The notes below the pieces were generated by a model that was given only the letters and a program-made list of their open reading frames with translations, ran no database searches and was not told where the DNA came from. Shown here in pieces: positions 51,881 through 63,400 of a stretch of DNA of 64,000 bases. The position numbers and the translations under genes were made by a program. Source of the DNA: Escherichia coli 042 (GTDB lineage: Bacteria; Pseudomonadota; Gammaproteobacteria; Enterobacterales; Enterobacteriaceae); NCBI RefSeq assembly GCF_000027125.1, contig NC_017626.1; one strand, 5' to 3'. Numbering within the stretch: the stretch's first letter is position 1; every line of letters starts with the position of its first letter.

Positions 51881-52795
51881 TTATTCATAGATAAAAGTGA
51901 CACCAATGACTGACTGGACGGTTCCGGCTGAAACCTTGTTTCCTGTTTGTCCATAGGTTGCGCTTAAACCCAGAGGTACTTTGCTTTTATTTACTGTCCC
52001 CAGGGAGACATTTTCTCCCGTAGCCAGTATTTTTCCATTACGCATCAGAGAGACACCCACTCCCGATGCTTTTGTCGCATCAGGTGCTGTGTTAGCAAAC
52101 ACTTGTCGGGCACTGTCAGTGGTGGCACCCGAAAGATAAAATGAGAGCTTTTGTTCGCTTGAGCAATATACGCCAAGGGGTATTTCTGCGCTTCCAGGAA
52201 AGTCCGGGAGATTCACGGTGACATTACGACTATCAACAGTGCAGCCGCCTGTTGGCATAACAACACTGTTATTTGAAATAATATTCCACGTAAAATTACG
52301 CGGATTTCCGCTTCCTAACGTGGCAATTTTATACATATGAATACGGGCAATGACTTCCCCCGCTTTTATGACAACTCCACCGGCTGCACCAACTGGGGTA
52401 ATATAGAGTTTTAACGGTAATGGCATCGGTGTCTTATCACCAATATCCAATACGTTGGTATTTGTCGTCAACGGGAAGGGGTAGGTTACATTATTCCAGT
52501 ACAGCGATCCTTTATATGACTGTAGGGAGCCTGCGAAAGCTGAGCCTTGTACCAGGTTTATATGATCGGTGTCGTACCAGCCGCCGTAATCATTCCAGCA
52601 ACTTATATGCTGAGACAAGTCTACAACCAGATTCTGGCCCGGTTGTATTACAGGGTCGAGATTAACATAAACAGAGGTTGTACCTGCTCCAATACTTGAC
52701 CCGCCATCGACATTACAACTGAAGGCAAAAACTTTGCCTGCCATTAATAGAAGATAAATACCGAACAGGACCTTTATACTGAATGTTTTACCCAT
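51881..52795 (-). CDS. ydeQ: Fimbrial tip adhesin (FimH-like, two-domain)
   Basis: 304 aa with signal peptide [24 protein letters not shown]; last gene of the chaperone-usher operon. Confidence 0.85.
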   Translation of the reverse strand: MGKTFSIKVLFGIYLLLMAGKVFAFSCNVDGGSSIGAGTTSVYVNLDPVIQPGQNLVVDLSQHISCWNDYGGWYDTDHINLVQGSAFAGSLQSYKGSLYWNNVTYPFPLTTNTNVLDIGDKTPMPLPLKLYITPVGAAGGVVIKAGEVIARIHMYKIATLGSGNPRNFTWNIISNNSVVMPTGGCTVDSRNVTVNLPDFPGSAEIPLGVYCSSEQKLSFYLSGATTDSARQVFANTAPDATKASGVGVSLMRNGKILATGENVSLGTVNKSKVPLGLSATYGQTGNKVSAGTVQSVIGVTFIYE

Positions 52796-52854
52796 GATAT
52801 ATCCTAAGGTTAAGAAATTGATTTAAAAAGGAGGCTAAGAAAATCGAATCGACG

Positions 52855-53358
52855 TTATTGCCAGGTGTAGATCACATTGATTAGCGCCTCGATCGTTCCC
52901 TGGCTTGCATTTCCATTCACCGTGATAGCTCTTGCCTTAAGTGGAAACTGTGCATTACGAGTGATCTCATCAACAATAACCGTTTTGCTATCGCCATTTT
53001 TTAACGTCGCATCCTGGTCATCCCTCAGCTCTATCTGAATATTTTCGGCACTACCTTCATTTTTGTAATAACCCGTATTGTCAGTTGAACCTGTCACGAT
53101 TGCCGTCACTGCACTTGTTTCAACCGGACAATCGGTTAATGACAAAGTAATATTGTGCCAGCCAGATGCAGAGCCAGGTTGTTGCAGATTGCGTGTATAA
53201 AGATCCCCGAGATTAACGTTAGCTTCTTTGGTTTGAATAGTGCAGGGTTTAGCGACTACCCGACCATTAACAGTGATAGTGACATCGGCGGCCTGGAGAG
53301 TTGCTGTGAATAACGCGCAAAACGTAGCTAACAGGAACCTCTTGTGAAGTCTTTTCAT
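52855..53358 (-). CDS. ydeR: Minor fimbrial subunit (FimG-like)
   Basis: 167 aa, signal peptide, pilin-fold minor subunit. Confidence 0.85.
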   Translation of the reverse strand: MKRLHKRFLLATFCALFTATLQAADVTITVNGRVVAKPCTIQTKEANVNLGDLYTRNLQQPGSASGWHNITLSLTDCPVETSAVTAIVTGSTDNTGYYKNEGSAENIQIELRDDQDATLKNGDSKTVIVDEITRNAQFPLKARAITVNGNASQGTIEALINVIYTWQ

Positions 53359-53370
53359 ATCTGACTCTGA

Positions 53371-53901
53371 TTATTGAAATTCAAGGGTAAAGGTTGCCGA
53401 AGCCCTCACCAGTCCCGGATTGACGGACTTCTGAGTTGACTTCAGACGAGCGGAGTAAGGCAAAATATTGTTCTGTTCTGGTACCAGTGGGATCCACTGC
53501 ATCCCGGCATGAAGGTCATTCAATTTCACCGGACGCATATTTCCGTCCAGTATTTCTATACCCAAACCGGAGGCCGTATTGCTTCCTTCATCCAGTTTCA
53601 ACAGAGTATTATTTTCTGCATCCTCAATACCGTTAAATGCAACTCGAACCCCCGTTGTCCCTTTGCTGCATTCACTTAACGTAATCTGAAAAGGGACGGC
53701 TGGACTTGTGCTACCGGTCGTTGGAAATTGTCTGGCACTGTTTTTTTGGAGATCTACGGTAAAATTAAGCGAATCCGATGAGACTGTGCAGCCATAATCG
53801 AGGACGCGCCCGCTAATTTTAATAACGCTATCTGCGGATAAAGCAGAATAGGTGGTTAACCCCAGACATAAACCGAGGAAAATAATGTTATTGTATTTCA
53901 T
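53371..53901 (-). CDS. ydeS: Minor fimbrial subunit (FimF-like)
   Basis: 176 aa, signal peptide MKYNNIIFLGLCLGLTTYSALSA. Confidence 0.85.
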   Translation of the reverse strand: MKYNNIIFLGLCLGLTTYSALSADSVIKISGRVLDYGCTVSSDSLNFTVDLQKNSARQFPTTGSTSPAVPFQITLSECSKGTTGVRVAFNGIEDAENNTLLKLDEGSNTASGLGIEILDGNMRPVKLNDLHAGMQWIPLVPEQNNILPYSARLKSTQKSVNPGLVRASATFTLEFQ

Positions 53902-53914
53902 AATCTCTTGTTCC

Positions 53915-56530
53915 TTAGCGACAGATTGCTGTCTGCTGGTTCAGTAAGGTTCCAGGAGAGACTTCAGGAAGCTTGTAATCGACTATACAGTTTGAGTTTT
54001 TATCATTGCCCCATGAAACCTGTAATTTCCCTGACTGTGGAAGTCCAGTCAGATAAACCTGACCGTTTTCTGCGACAATGCTGCCATTTTTATTCTCTCC
54101 GTGTGTGACAATTGCACCGAATGGAACGCTCTTATTACCGTACTTCAACGTCATTAATACTTTCCCGCCGATTTGTGCATTAAATGTTGCTCTGGCAATA
54201 GCACCGTGAGTTGGGATGACAGTGACTACGGTTTCATCCAGTTCAACATTATCTGCAAGGGAATTCGCGTTAAGAGCGACACGATTTTCTCTATATTCTG
54301 TCGCAAATGGTAATATGGCATAGCCACGCCAGTCGGTATGAATTCCGGTCTGGTTCTCTATTTTGACATTATCAGCGCCAGGAGCCTTAACCAGAACCAT
54401 TGTGTCGCCCAGCGGCTGTCCAAAGGTGATGCCATCAGCATGAGCAATAATCCCACCACTCATTCCGTAATAAATCTGGCTGCTGTCACCACTCCGACTG
54501 TAACCGACATTCGTATTACCGTAAGCTCCACGATAATTAAGAGAACTGTAACCACTGGTGCCAGACGATGTATTACCTCCGTGGGTGTTACCGACCTGAA
54601 CGCTATAATTCAGGTTATTATCCGGCAGCAGAGTGCCATAAACTCCCGATAGATTGGTCATGCCACCTTTCAAATCGTTTGACATACTGTAACTGGCGTT
54701 TGAATTACGAAATGCCGACTGACTGTCTGTACGCATCCAATGACTGAAGGGAACATTAAGCGTAAAAGCGAGTAAATGATCCCGATCGTTTTGCCATATA
54801 TTATTGGAATAGCTGTAATTCAGCGAAGTCGTAATATCACCAAACGGCACATTTAATCCAAATGATATTTGCTGGTCGCTGCGTGACGTGTTCCAGTAAC
54901 TTTGGCGACTGGCACTGAAAAATGTCGTACCGTAATTTCCAAGCTGCTGAGAGATGCTTATTTGTTCCTGACCACGCTTACTGTAGAACAGATTAAAATA
55001 ATCAATAAATTGTGTCTGCTCATTGGTGTCTCCGGTAGGAGGCTTGACGGTGTAACCACTCATTCGACTGTAGGCACTGTCGGATAAGTTATAAAAACCT
55101 TGCGTAGAATAGCGATATCCTGCGACCTGGATATTGGTTCCTGTCTGGTAGAAGGATTTGCTGTAGACGGATTTAACCGATTGCCCGCTGTGACGGGTGT
55201 CATCTGCAAGCGTCGTATTGGCTTGCGTGATATCGAAAGAAAAGGCACCAAACAGTCCCAAATCTTTACCAATACCAAGGTTGAAGGCCTGATAATTTTC
55301 TGCAATTTGCATTCCGCCATAAGGTGTCCAGTTTCCTTCCAGTCCATGCATCAAGCTACCTTGTATGAACTTGGGAGAGCTTTGCAGGTTATTTCCACTA
55401 CGATATTCCCCCATGGCAAGCGCATAACGCGTATATCCAGCACGTTGGAGAACCGGAACAGACGAATAAGGAACATATAATGTCTGAATACTGCCGTCTG
55501 CCTCTTTTATGGTTACTTGCAGATCACCACCATTGGCCGCAGAGTTGATATCATCAATAGTAAAAGGGCCGGGTGGGACAGTAGTCTGATAAACATCGTA
55601 TCCATTCTGTTTTACACTCACTTGTGCGGTGCCGCGGGCAATACCATGAATCACCGGAGCGAAACCATGTTGGCTATCGGGCAACATCGCTTCTGTTGAA
55701 TTTATTTTGAGGCCACGAAAGTTCACACTATCAAAAATATCGCCATCGGTATAACTATCACCTACCGTTAAGCGTGAGCGTAAGGGAATAATGTCACGTT
55801 CAGCCGACGTATTGATATGCTGCCATTTATTGCTGTCAGATGAATTGCTACTCCCACTGTTATAACTCCACGTTGAGTTATCGCGCAGTCGCCAACTACC
55901 AATGTTGATGCCACTCTGTAAATTCAAATATGCATAGTTGGATTTTCCTGCATTATGGTTACTACGATTATTAATAGAATTACCATTAAAACTATAGTTT
56001 AGAAGCCCAGCATTTATTCCTTCTTCCCACAGATCAGGAGAAACATAGCCGCGAGCCATTCTGCCAACATAAATTTGCGGAACGGAGAGTGACAGATGTT
56101 GCTGACCAACATCAAACTCAGTTGATGCGTCGGCCAAACGATCCTGAAGTGGTGTGCATGTGCTGTTGTCCGGCACATGTTTTTCTGCCGAATGTTCCTT
56201 ATTGTCCAATAACGCAGATTTTTTTATGCCAAGACTGACAAGAAGCTCTGTACTCAGGCATGGGATGAGATCTGCGTTATTATCATCTGCAATAAAAGTA
56301 ATATCCCGACTAGTCATAAATTCGTCGTTCAAATAAATGTCGACCCGATATGTACCAGGTGGTGCCTCGCGTCCCTTAGTAAAGGCGGATAAATCGACAG
56401 ATTCAGCAAGATCATTGCTTAAAAACCGTGGATTAAAATAATACTCTGCGTCAACGGGAAAAACCGCAGTTGCTAAGCCAAGGGCAATGGTAAGCCGTGC
56501 AAAGCGAGGCAGTAGTAACACCTGATGCAT
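53915..56530 (-). CDS. ydeT: Fimbrial outer-membrane usher (FimD-like), full length
   Basis: Track ORF starts at 56566; likely start ATG 56528-56530 (MHQVLLLPRFARLTIALGLATAVFPVDAEYYFNPRFL). Long FimD-like segments such as TVPPGPFTIDDIN...GDLQVTIKEADGS. Confidence 0.85.
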   Translation of the reverse strand: MHQVLLLPRFARLTIALGLATAVFPVDAEYYFNPRFLSNDLAESVDLSAFTKGREAPPGTYRVDIYLNDEFMTSRDITFIADDNNADLIPCLSTELLVSLGIKKSALLDNKEHSAEKHVPDNSTCTPLQDRLADASTEFDVGQQHLSLSVPQIYVGRMARGYVSPDLWEEGINAGLLNYSFNGNSINNRSNHNAGKSNYAYLNLQSGINIGSWRLRDNSTWSYNSGSSNSSDSNKWQHINTSAERDIIPLRSRLTVGDSYTDGDIFDSVNFRGLKINSTEAMLPDSQHGFAPVIHGIARGTAQVSVKQNGYDVYQTTVPPGPFTIDDINSAANGGDLQVTIKEADGSIQTLYVPYSSVPVLQRAGYTRYALAMGEYRSGNNLQSSPKFIQGSLMHGLEGNWTPYGGMQIAENYQAFNLGIGKDLGLFGAFSFDITQANTTLADDTRHSGQSVKSVYSKSFYQTGTNIQVAGYRYSTQGFYNLSDSAYSRMSGYTVKPPTGDTNEQTQFIDYFNLFYSKRGQEQISISQQLGNYGTTFFSASRQSYWNTSRSDQQISFGLNVPFGDITTSLNYSYSNNIWQNDRDHLLAFTLNVPFSHWMRTDSQSAFRNSNASYSMSNDLKGGMTNLSGVYGTLLPDNNLNYSVQVGNTHGGNTSSGTSGYSSLNYRGAYGNTNVGYSRSGDSSQIYYGMSGGIIAHADGITFGQPLGDTMVLVKAPGADNVKIENQTGIHTDWRGYAILPFATEYRENRVALNANSLADNVELDETVVTVIPTHGAIARATFNAQIGGKVLMTLKYGNKSVPFGAIVTHGENKNGSIVAENGQVYLTGLPQSGKLQVSWGNDKNSNCIVDYKLPEVSPGTLLNQQTAICR

Positions 56531-56607
56531 ACGATATGCCTTAAATGCGGCACGAAAGGCTGTCATTATTTATTCCGATTGAGTTTATTATTAATTAGGT
56601 CACTGGC

Positions 56608-57327
56608 TTACTGCATGGTTGCCTTAATACGCGGAGTTAATGCACCGTAATCATTGATCGTCTGAAAACTGATATCCCCGGTTGCAGCATGCGGGATATC
56701 CACCGATACTTCACCTTTTGGCGGCACCATGGTGTTTGGGAGATTGCTATTTCCTGCTTTCATATTTGTTACGGTAATGAAGTAGGGCGTTGGATTAATA
56801 AGAGTGAGTTTGCTACCGCTGCGACGAAACCGAAGCATTGCTGGCGCTTCTTCAGGTGCCATTGCCAGGTTAGTGGGGCGATAAAACATTTTTATGCGGC
56901 TAATAATTGCCAGCTGTAATGTATTCTCATTCTTCTGGTCTTTTTCCATAGCAGGAATAGCTTTAACATTAACCCAGAACAGGCTTTCACGGTCGCCTGG
57001 TAACTGATGATTAGTGGCGTTGATTATCCGCAGCGTATTCTCTTTTTTACCTTGCATGGAAAAAAGCGGTGGAGTAATGACAAACTGGGTGTCTTTTTGG
57101 TCACCTGCATTTTCTATCCATGACTGAATGAGATAGACACTGGCAGGATCATTATTCGTGACAGGCAATAAAACCTGTTTCTGGTTTGCCGGATAAATTA
57201 CCCGCGTCGCACCCAGTGCGACAGCTGCGTTGGCAACGGTGCTATGGCAAGCAAAGAGCAATAAAAGTAACACTGTCGCCATAAAGGAAATAGAGTAGGG
57301 GGTACGCGTAGTTTGCATCTGATGCAT
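56608..57327 (-). CDS. Periplasmic fimbrial chaperone (FimC-like)
   Basis: 239 aa with signal peptide and PapD-like fold; start may be one of the internal ATGs. Confidence 0.8.
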   Translation of the reverse strand: MHQMQTTRTPYSISFMATVLLLLLFACHSTVANAAVALGATRVIYPANQKQVLLPVTNNDPASVYLIQSWIENAGDQKDTQFVITPPLFSMQGKKENTLRIINATNHQLPGDRESLFWVNVKAIPAMEKDQKNENTLQLAIISRIKMFYRPTNLAMAPEEAPAMLRFRRSGSKLTLINPTPYFITVTNMKAGNSNLPNTMVPPKGEVSVDIPHAATGDISFQTINDYGALTPRIKATMQ

Positions 57328-57678
57328 TCTCCATGTGTTAAGAGGATAAGCGGGAAAACCGTTACATCAGACAATCGATAAATGTTGCTAATACATTGGC
57401 GAGTCGCCGGGTTTCCAGACTTAATGCGTTTGTAATAAATGTTGGTTCTCTTTTAATAGGAAAACCTTGCTACAAAGTAAATATTTTAAATAACAGTAAG
57501 TTTAACTACTGTTGTTTATTGATCGTTTAGATATTATGTGATTTTTCATAGTGCTCCAAATACAAACCATTCCTCATTAATAATGAGATTCACATTGGCG
57601 AATTGCTCGGGTGTGCGTAGCCATGCCACACACACCCTGTTTCAATTTCAGATGACGTATAGCCACCTTAAGATTGAA

Positions 57679-58242
57679 TTATAGATATTGAACTTTGAAG
57701 GTCGCATCAGCGTTTGCAGTACCAGCTACTGACTGCCCGAGAGCAATATAACGAGCCTGGAATGGCAGTATATTCGTGCCATCAATCAAGTCGGTTTTAG
57801 CGCTAAAAGTGCCACCATCAAGTATTAATACCTCCCCCGTACGGTCCAAAATTTGAATACCAACATTTTGGGCAGAGCCTGCCGCTGAACTCTGCAGCGC
57901 TAAGGTATCGTCATTACTGGTGACAGTAGTACCCAGGAATGCAACAGCTGCATTACTGGAAACATTGGTATCACAATCATTCAGCTTGATATTGAAGCCA
58001 ACGGCGGAGCTGAGGTCACCCGCTTTAGCCAGACGAGAAGAGCGAACCTGACCCAGCTCAACCGTTTGGTTCATTGATTCTGAATCAATCGCACAAGCGG
58101 CATTTACCACTTCACCTTTAAAATGAATAACACCGCCATTAACAGTGGTCGTTACTGATTCATCACCCTCGGCTGCGCTTACCGCAGCAGACGACATCGC
58201 CAACACAGAAACGACAATCATACCGACATGTTTGAGTTTCAT
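57679..58242 (-). CDS. Major fimbrial subunit (FimA-like pilin)
   Basis: Start at ATG 58240-58242 ([23 protein letters not shown]) with GGAGAA RBS; 187 aa ending ...DATFKVQYL. Confidence 0.8.
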   Translation of the reverse strand: MKLKHVGMIVVSVLAMSSAAVSAAEGDESVTTTVNGGVIHFKGEVVNAACAIDSESMNQTVELGQVRSSRLAKAGDLSSAVGFNIKLNDCDTNVSSNAAVAFLGTTVTSNDDTLALQSSAAGSAQNVGIQILDRTGEVLILDGGTFSAKTDLIDGTNILPFQARYIALGQSVAGTANADATFKVQYL

Positions 58243-58675
58243 AATTCTCCAAAATTTATATTTAAGTAGCTGAATAAAGAGAGTTAACAATTAAGTCATT
58301 CTGTTATTGCTTATAAAACAAGAATCATTCTTGATGGGATATTGCCCTGAAAATATAGTTTCCAGGGTTATTACATTTCACGAAGAACGATAATATCTTT
58401 AAATTACAAGGACACCTAATCACAACAAGTTTATTGCAGCACTTGTTGTAGAGAGTAGTTGCAAAAACATTTTATGTCGCTAAATAACATGACGATTTCA
58501 TTATGCATGATGTTTATAAACAGCGACTAAACAGAATATTATTGCGAACAAGGGAAGTGTCAGGAAAGGTCAAGAGCGACTAATGGTTTATATGGCTATA
58601 AATTATTAGCTATGGTTAATGTTTGCATGGTGAAACTAACGCCGAAATGCTCTAACCAGATAAGTGCAGGGTTTA

Positions 58676-58930
58676 TTAAAGCTGACCAAGAGGCTTTCTT
58701 AATTTAGTAATATCTCTCTTAGGTGGCTCTCCAAATATCCGCGAATATTCCCGACTGAAATGAGATAAGCTTTCGTAACCGACAGCATAGGCTGCAGTGG
58801 TGACATCGTAATGTTCATTCAGCATCAGTCGCCTGGCTTCACTGAGGCGTAGCCATTTCTGATACCGGAGTGGACTCATTCCCGCAAGCTGTCTGAAGTG
58901 TTGATGGAAAGAGGGTGTGTTCATTTGCAC
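58676..58930 (-). pseudogene. yneL: AraC-family regulator, C-terminal HTH fragment only
   Basis: 84-aa ORF covering only the second HTH of an AraC/XylS domain (…GMSPLRYQKWLRLSEARRLML…SLSHFSREYSRIFGEPP); no room upstream for an N-terminal domain before hipA. Confidence 0.6.
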
Positions 58931-59211
58931 GCGGTTTGCCAGCCTGACTCTTCAACGCAGGGAAGATGCGGCAAACGGCAAACCTGCATACCAGCCAGCC
59001 TATATCCGGTATGCACAGGCCAATTATGAAAGAGGAGAGGCTTTATGTTCTGGAACCCTGAAGTAATAACGACGACCGGAAAATCGCTTCGCATCACTCA
59101 AATTCCATTTAACATAATATACATTATGCGCACTAATATAAACCAAGGGAGAATCCAGTCGTTGGCGGTCATGATTGTCCTGCTCATTAACAACGACCAA
59201 AACCCCATATC

Positions 59212-60478
59212 TTACTTAATACCGTATTCTCGGCTTAACCGGCCGTGCAACCTCAACACATTGGTTTCAACTGCCGTCACCACGTTCTCCGGAAAATCTG
59301 TCGGTAATGAAGTCTTCACGTTATCCAGTGCTGCCGGAATCATTCTGGCAAAGTCACTCAGGATTTCATGCATCTGCACTTCCGGAAATTTCAGCAACTT
59401 TGCTGTCGCCAGAAAATGTCGCGGATAAATTTTATCGATTGCCGTTTTTTTGCCTTTGGATGCGTTAAGCCCCATTGCCAGTTTGAGATCGCTGATGTGT
59501 ATTCCTGCGCCACCCAATACCGGAAATGCTGAAATGATGTCGTAAAATGGCGTGAGTCGATAACTGCCGCCAGCCTGAATAAATACGGAGAAGTTTTTTG
59601 CATGGCCATCCGTTGCGCCAATCAACCACTGGAACACCTGAAACTTCATAAAATCATAGCGATCTTTCAGCGCCTCGCTGGACCCCATCAAAAAAGCCAT
59701 GATCCGCGCGATGCCTGGGCCTCCATCTGATTCATATTTCACCGATGAAGTTAAACCGAATGTCTGACACATATCCTCCTGTGGCAAGCGAAGTAAAACC
59801 GTTCGCTCAGCATTCCAACGCCTGTCAAAACGTTCGACCGCTAACGCGCGCACATTCCCCGCTTTAATGATTTCTGCGTCCGGCACATTCAACCCAAGTT
59901 CTTTCGCCAGCAGCAGACAGTAATACTCATTATCAACGCTTTGGCTGAGATCGAGCGTCGCATTGGGCTGCCTGATTTCGCCAATCGGTAATTTAATGAT
60001 GTGCGTCGTCGGCGTTATTCCTTTCGGAATGCACCAGTCATTGCCTATTCTGAGCAGCGCTGTCTTCTCCTGCGCGCCAGCAACCGAGATGCGAAAGTCA
60101 TTTTCTTCTCTAATCATGCCCAGAGGGATATCTGCTTTATAAGCCGTTAATACTTCTTCAAGTCTGGCTTCAGTAAGCTTTTCCCATGCCATTATCGGAT
60201 GCGTTACGGTTTCGTCTTCGGGTATTAACGTCACGGCACCAACGCTGTCTCGCCCTATTTCTGACAATAAATCAAACGGTTGTCTGGATTTGGCATGATA
60301 ACGTTTAACGATCCGGTCACGTACAATCGGGCTATCGGGTAACAGATTATCGAAGAAGTTAAATACGGCATCAGAGGTGATATTCCCCCTCTGCAATGGC
60401 AGCGAAAGTGACAACGGTCTGGCATAACGGCTGGCTAACCACTCCGGTGCATACTTAAAGGTGTGCGCGCCGTTGGCT
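59212..60478 (-). pseudogene. hipA: hipA toxin kinase remnant, 5'-truncated, no hipB
   Basis: HipA-type sequence from about residue 19 (LANGAHTFKYAPEWLASRYARPLSLSLPLQRGNITSDAVFNFF...) to the stop at 59212. An in-frame TGA lies three codons upstream of the first homologous codon. No hipB, promoter or RBS upstream. Confidence 0.75.
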
Positions 60479-63400
60479 AGCGAGAATCATAGTCGTCAGC
60501 AGAACGGTTATCGGAACTGACGCTGTTATCAAACCAGTTATACAGCGCCCAGCTGTCAACATAAGCGCCGGTCTTATTCGCATCGTTCTGATACCAGGTC
60601 GCGTACAGTCCTGCGCTGTAACCGCTGATGCGCCCATCCGATTTATAACCCACACGATTACTCTGAGTATTACTGTGCTGATTGGCGTAGCCTGCCATCA
60701 CGCCAAGATGCCAGCGATCCTGCGCGTTGCTACTCCACTGCGCCAAATCGCCTCCTAGCTGCAATACATAGCGGTTAGCCTGAGTATTTAGCTGGCCGTC
60801 ACCGGTCCTGAAACGTTCGTGCCCCCCGACATGACGCATCCACATACTGCTTGCCGAACCCTGAGAATGCAGTGAATCTGTATACTGCGGCTCACCCAGA
60901 CGGTCGTGTAAGCGATGGCTAAACAGCGAGTTGGCTGCGGCAATGTTGCTGATATAGCTTCCGGCCTCCGGGCGATAAACTGATGGGCCTTCCGGATCCA
61001 CAACAGGGGGATTATTGATGGGATCGGGTGTATCCGGTGGCGTTACGCCTTCCCATTTACTGGTCAGATACCAGTTTTTCTCGTCATTCCCCTTCCCTTT
61101 AGCCAGCGTGTAGACGTAAGCCCCAGCTTCGACAGTTCCGGTGGTCAGCGCGAAGTTACCTGCAGAATTACCGCCAACCTCAATGAGTTCAATACCGTTG
61201 ACCGTTTGTGCACCGACGCCGCCAATGTTATCAACCCGAACGCGAGTGTTCCCTTGGGTATCGCCTTTCACGTTCATCTTATCGGTGGGCGAATTATCGC
61301 CGCCCAGCGTCGCGTTGAACGTCATCAGGCCATTGTTTCCGTTATAGTTACCGTTAACGGTCAGTACATTCCCCGGTTTCCCCCCTTCGCTGTTCATTTG
61401 AACCGTGCCACCATTCTCCAGGTTACCGCCGACAGTGGTTTTAGCGACACGCAGTGTCCCCCCTGGCATAACGTTCACATCACCTGCAGTGGTGACATTT
61501 CCCGACATCACACCGCTGTTATGGATATTAATGTGCTGACTTGCCATATTAATGGCAGAGTCGGAACCGAAAGCAATTTCACCACCCACGATATCCGTCG
61601 TACCCTGATACGCCGCGGAATCGTTGTTAAGAGTCAGGATCCCGGTACCCAGTTTTGTCACATCACCGCTACCGCTGATACTGTGCGTCATCGCCCAGCT
61701 ACGCTCAGTGGAGATGGTGAGCAGGCCATTATTGATAACGGAAGCATCACCCAGGTTTTTCTGCTCGTTGACGCTGAGCGCGCTGCCTGTATCAATGTTG
61801 AATTGCCCCACAAAGCGGCTATTATCGCCATCCAGCTCTACATCTGTCCTGGCGGTTGCGCTCACGATACCCTTCCCGCTTATGCTATTACGCAGTTCTC
61901 CAGTCACGTTTTTTAGCGTTAACAGACCGTCATTGGCAATATTTCCTCTGCCTAACCCCTGCGTATTATCGAGGCTGACTTCCGCATTTGGGCTAATGCT
62001 GGTTAACGCATTGTAGCGTGCATTAAGCCCCTCGATAGCCAGTGTTCCCCCTGTAACATTCAGGTTTCCGCCACCTGTCAGTTCACCCTGACTGATCCCA
62101 CCTTTATTTACCGTGAGCGCCCCCTCTTTGAACAAAACAGTCGAACCCATCTGCCCGGTGAATGTCTCTACCGTCTGCGTCGATCCATTAAGATCGACGA
62201 TGGCCGCGTTGCTGATGTTCAGTTCCCGGGTGTTGCCAAGTGCACCATCCGCATCGGTACGTAATGTCCCCATCTGAACGTAGGTTGCCCCCTGATAGTC
62301 GTTCTGACCGTTGGAAAGCGAAACCTGTCGTACCGTATTGATTGCCAGATCCCCTTCACCACCGATTTTTGCCGACATATCGGCTGTTGCGCCATAGGCT
62401 CCGCCATGTTCGGCTAACGTCAGCTTTTGCCCACCATGGATGTTCAGCGCTTTCAGCCCATAGTTAACGTACAAACCATCACCTGGTGCGGTCGTGAGGC
62501 GGAATCCATAATCACCCTCGGCGACCACTGTTCCGTTTTGTGCAATGTGTAACTTTTTGTCCGCTTCCACCGCGTCGCCCTGTAAATCACGTAACGTTAA
62601 TGAGCCACCCGATCCAATAACCGTTTGCGCCTTCACCAGTTGAACGCCGACATGGCTATCATCGTGTTCCAGCAAATTGAGCGTCGTCAGAGGGTTATTC
62701 GCCATGGGATCATTCCACGGTTTAGGCACGTCGATAAGCACGTCGCCCATCCCGTTTACCTGATAGTTACGGCCTTTCCAGGTGTAGTCACCCGTGCCGA
62801 CAACCAGCGTATCGACGCTGATATATCCCTCCGCAAGCGTCGCAGCAGGTATATCCGTATCGAAAGTGAGCGTACCGCCATTCATGGCTAGTCCACCAAT
62901 GGATTGCTCTCCCACTTTTACCGATGTGGTATTTTCACTGTCAGACTGAAGCATCGCGTGAGTAAGCGCAGCGGTGTTGTCGCGTTCCAGTGTGAAGGTA
63001 CTGTCTTTCAGTTGGGCAACACCGGCGAATTCAGTTCCTGTTGCATGGGTAAAGCCAAACATTTTGTCGGAGGATGACAGCTGCACTCGCATCAAGCCAT
63101 CGCCTTTGAGCGCATTGGTCAGCGTGTAATCTCCTGCACTGTTCGTTGATGCGAGAATGTCGAGCGTACCGGGGCTTGCAATGGTTACTTCACTCGAACC
63201 CATGCCTGTTACCCCATCTGCCGTATGTGACGCAATAGTCAGGAGGCCGTCATTGACCAGCGTTTTACCACTATAAGTATTCCCTGCATTGAACACCGTA
63301 TGGCCTGCATCATGCATCACTTTTCCGTCTTTATCGTCACCCGTAATCAGCATATCGACCTGGTAGCCGGCATCACTGTTATTAGTATGATTAAAGACAA

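Noticed and set aside
60455-60655. 66-aa minus-strand ORF spanning the hipA/autotransporter junction.
   Set aside because: It is an alternative frame of the autotransporter remnant with no start context; it is a by-product of the junction rather than a gene.
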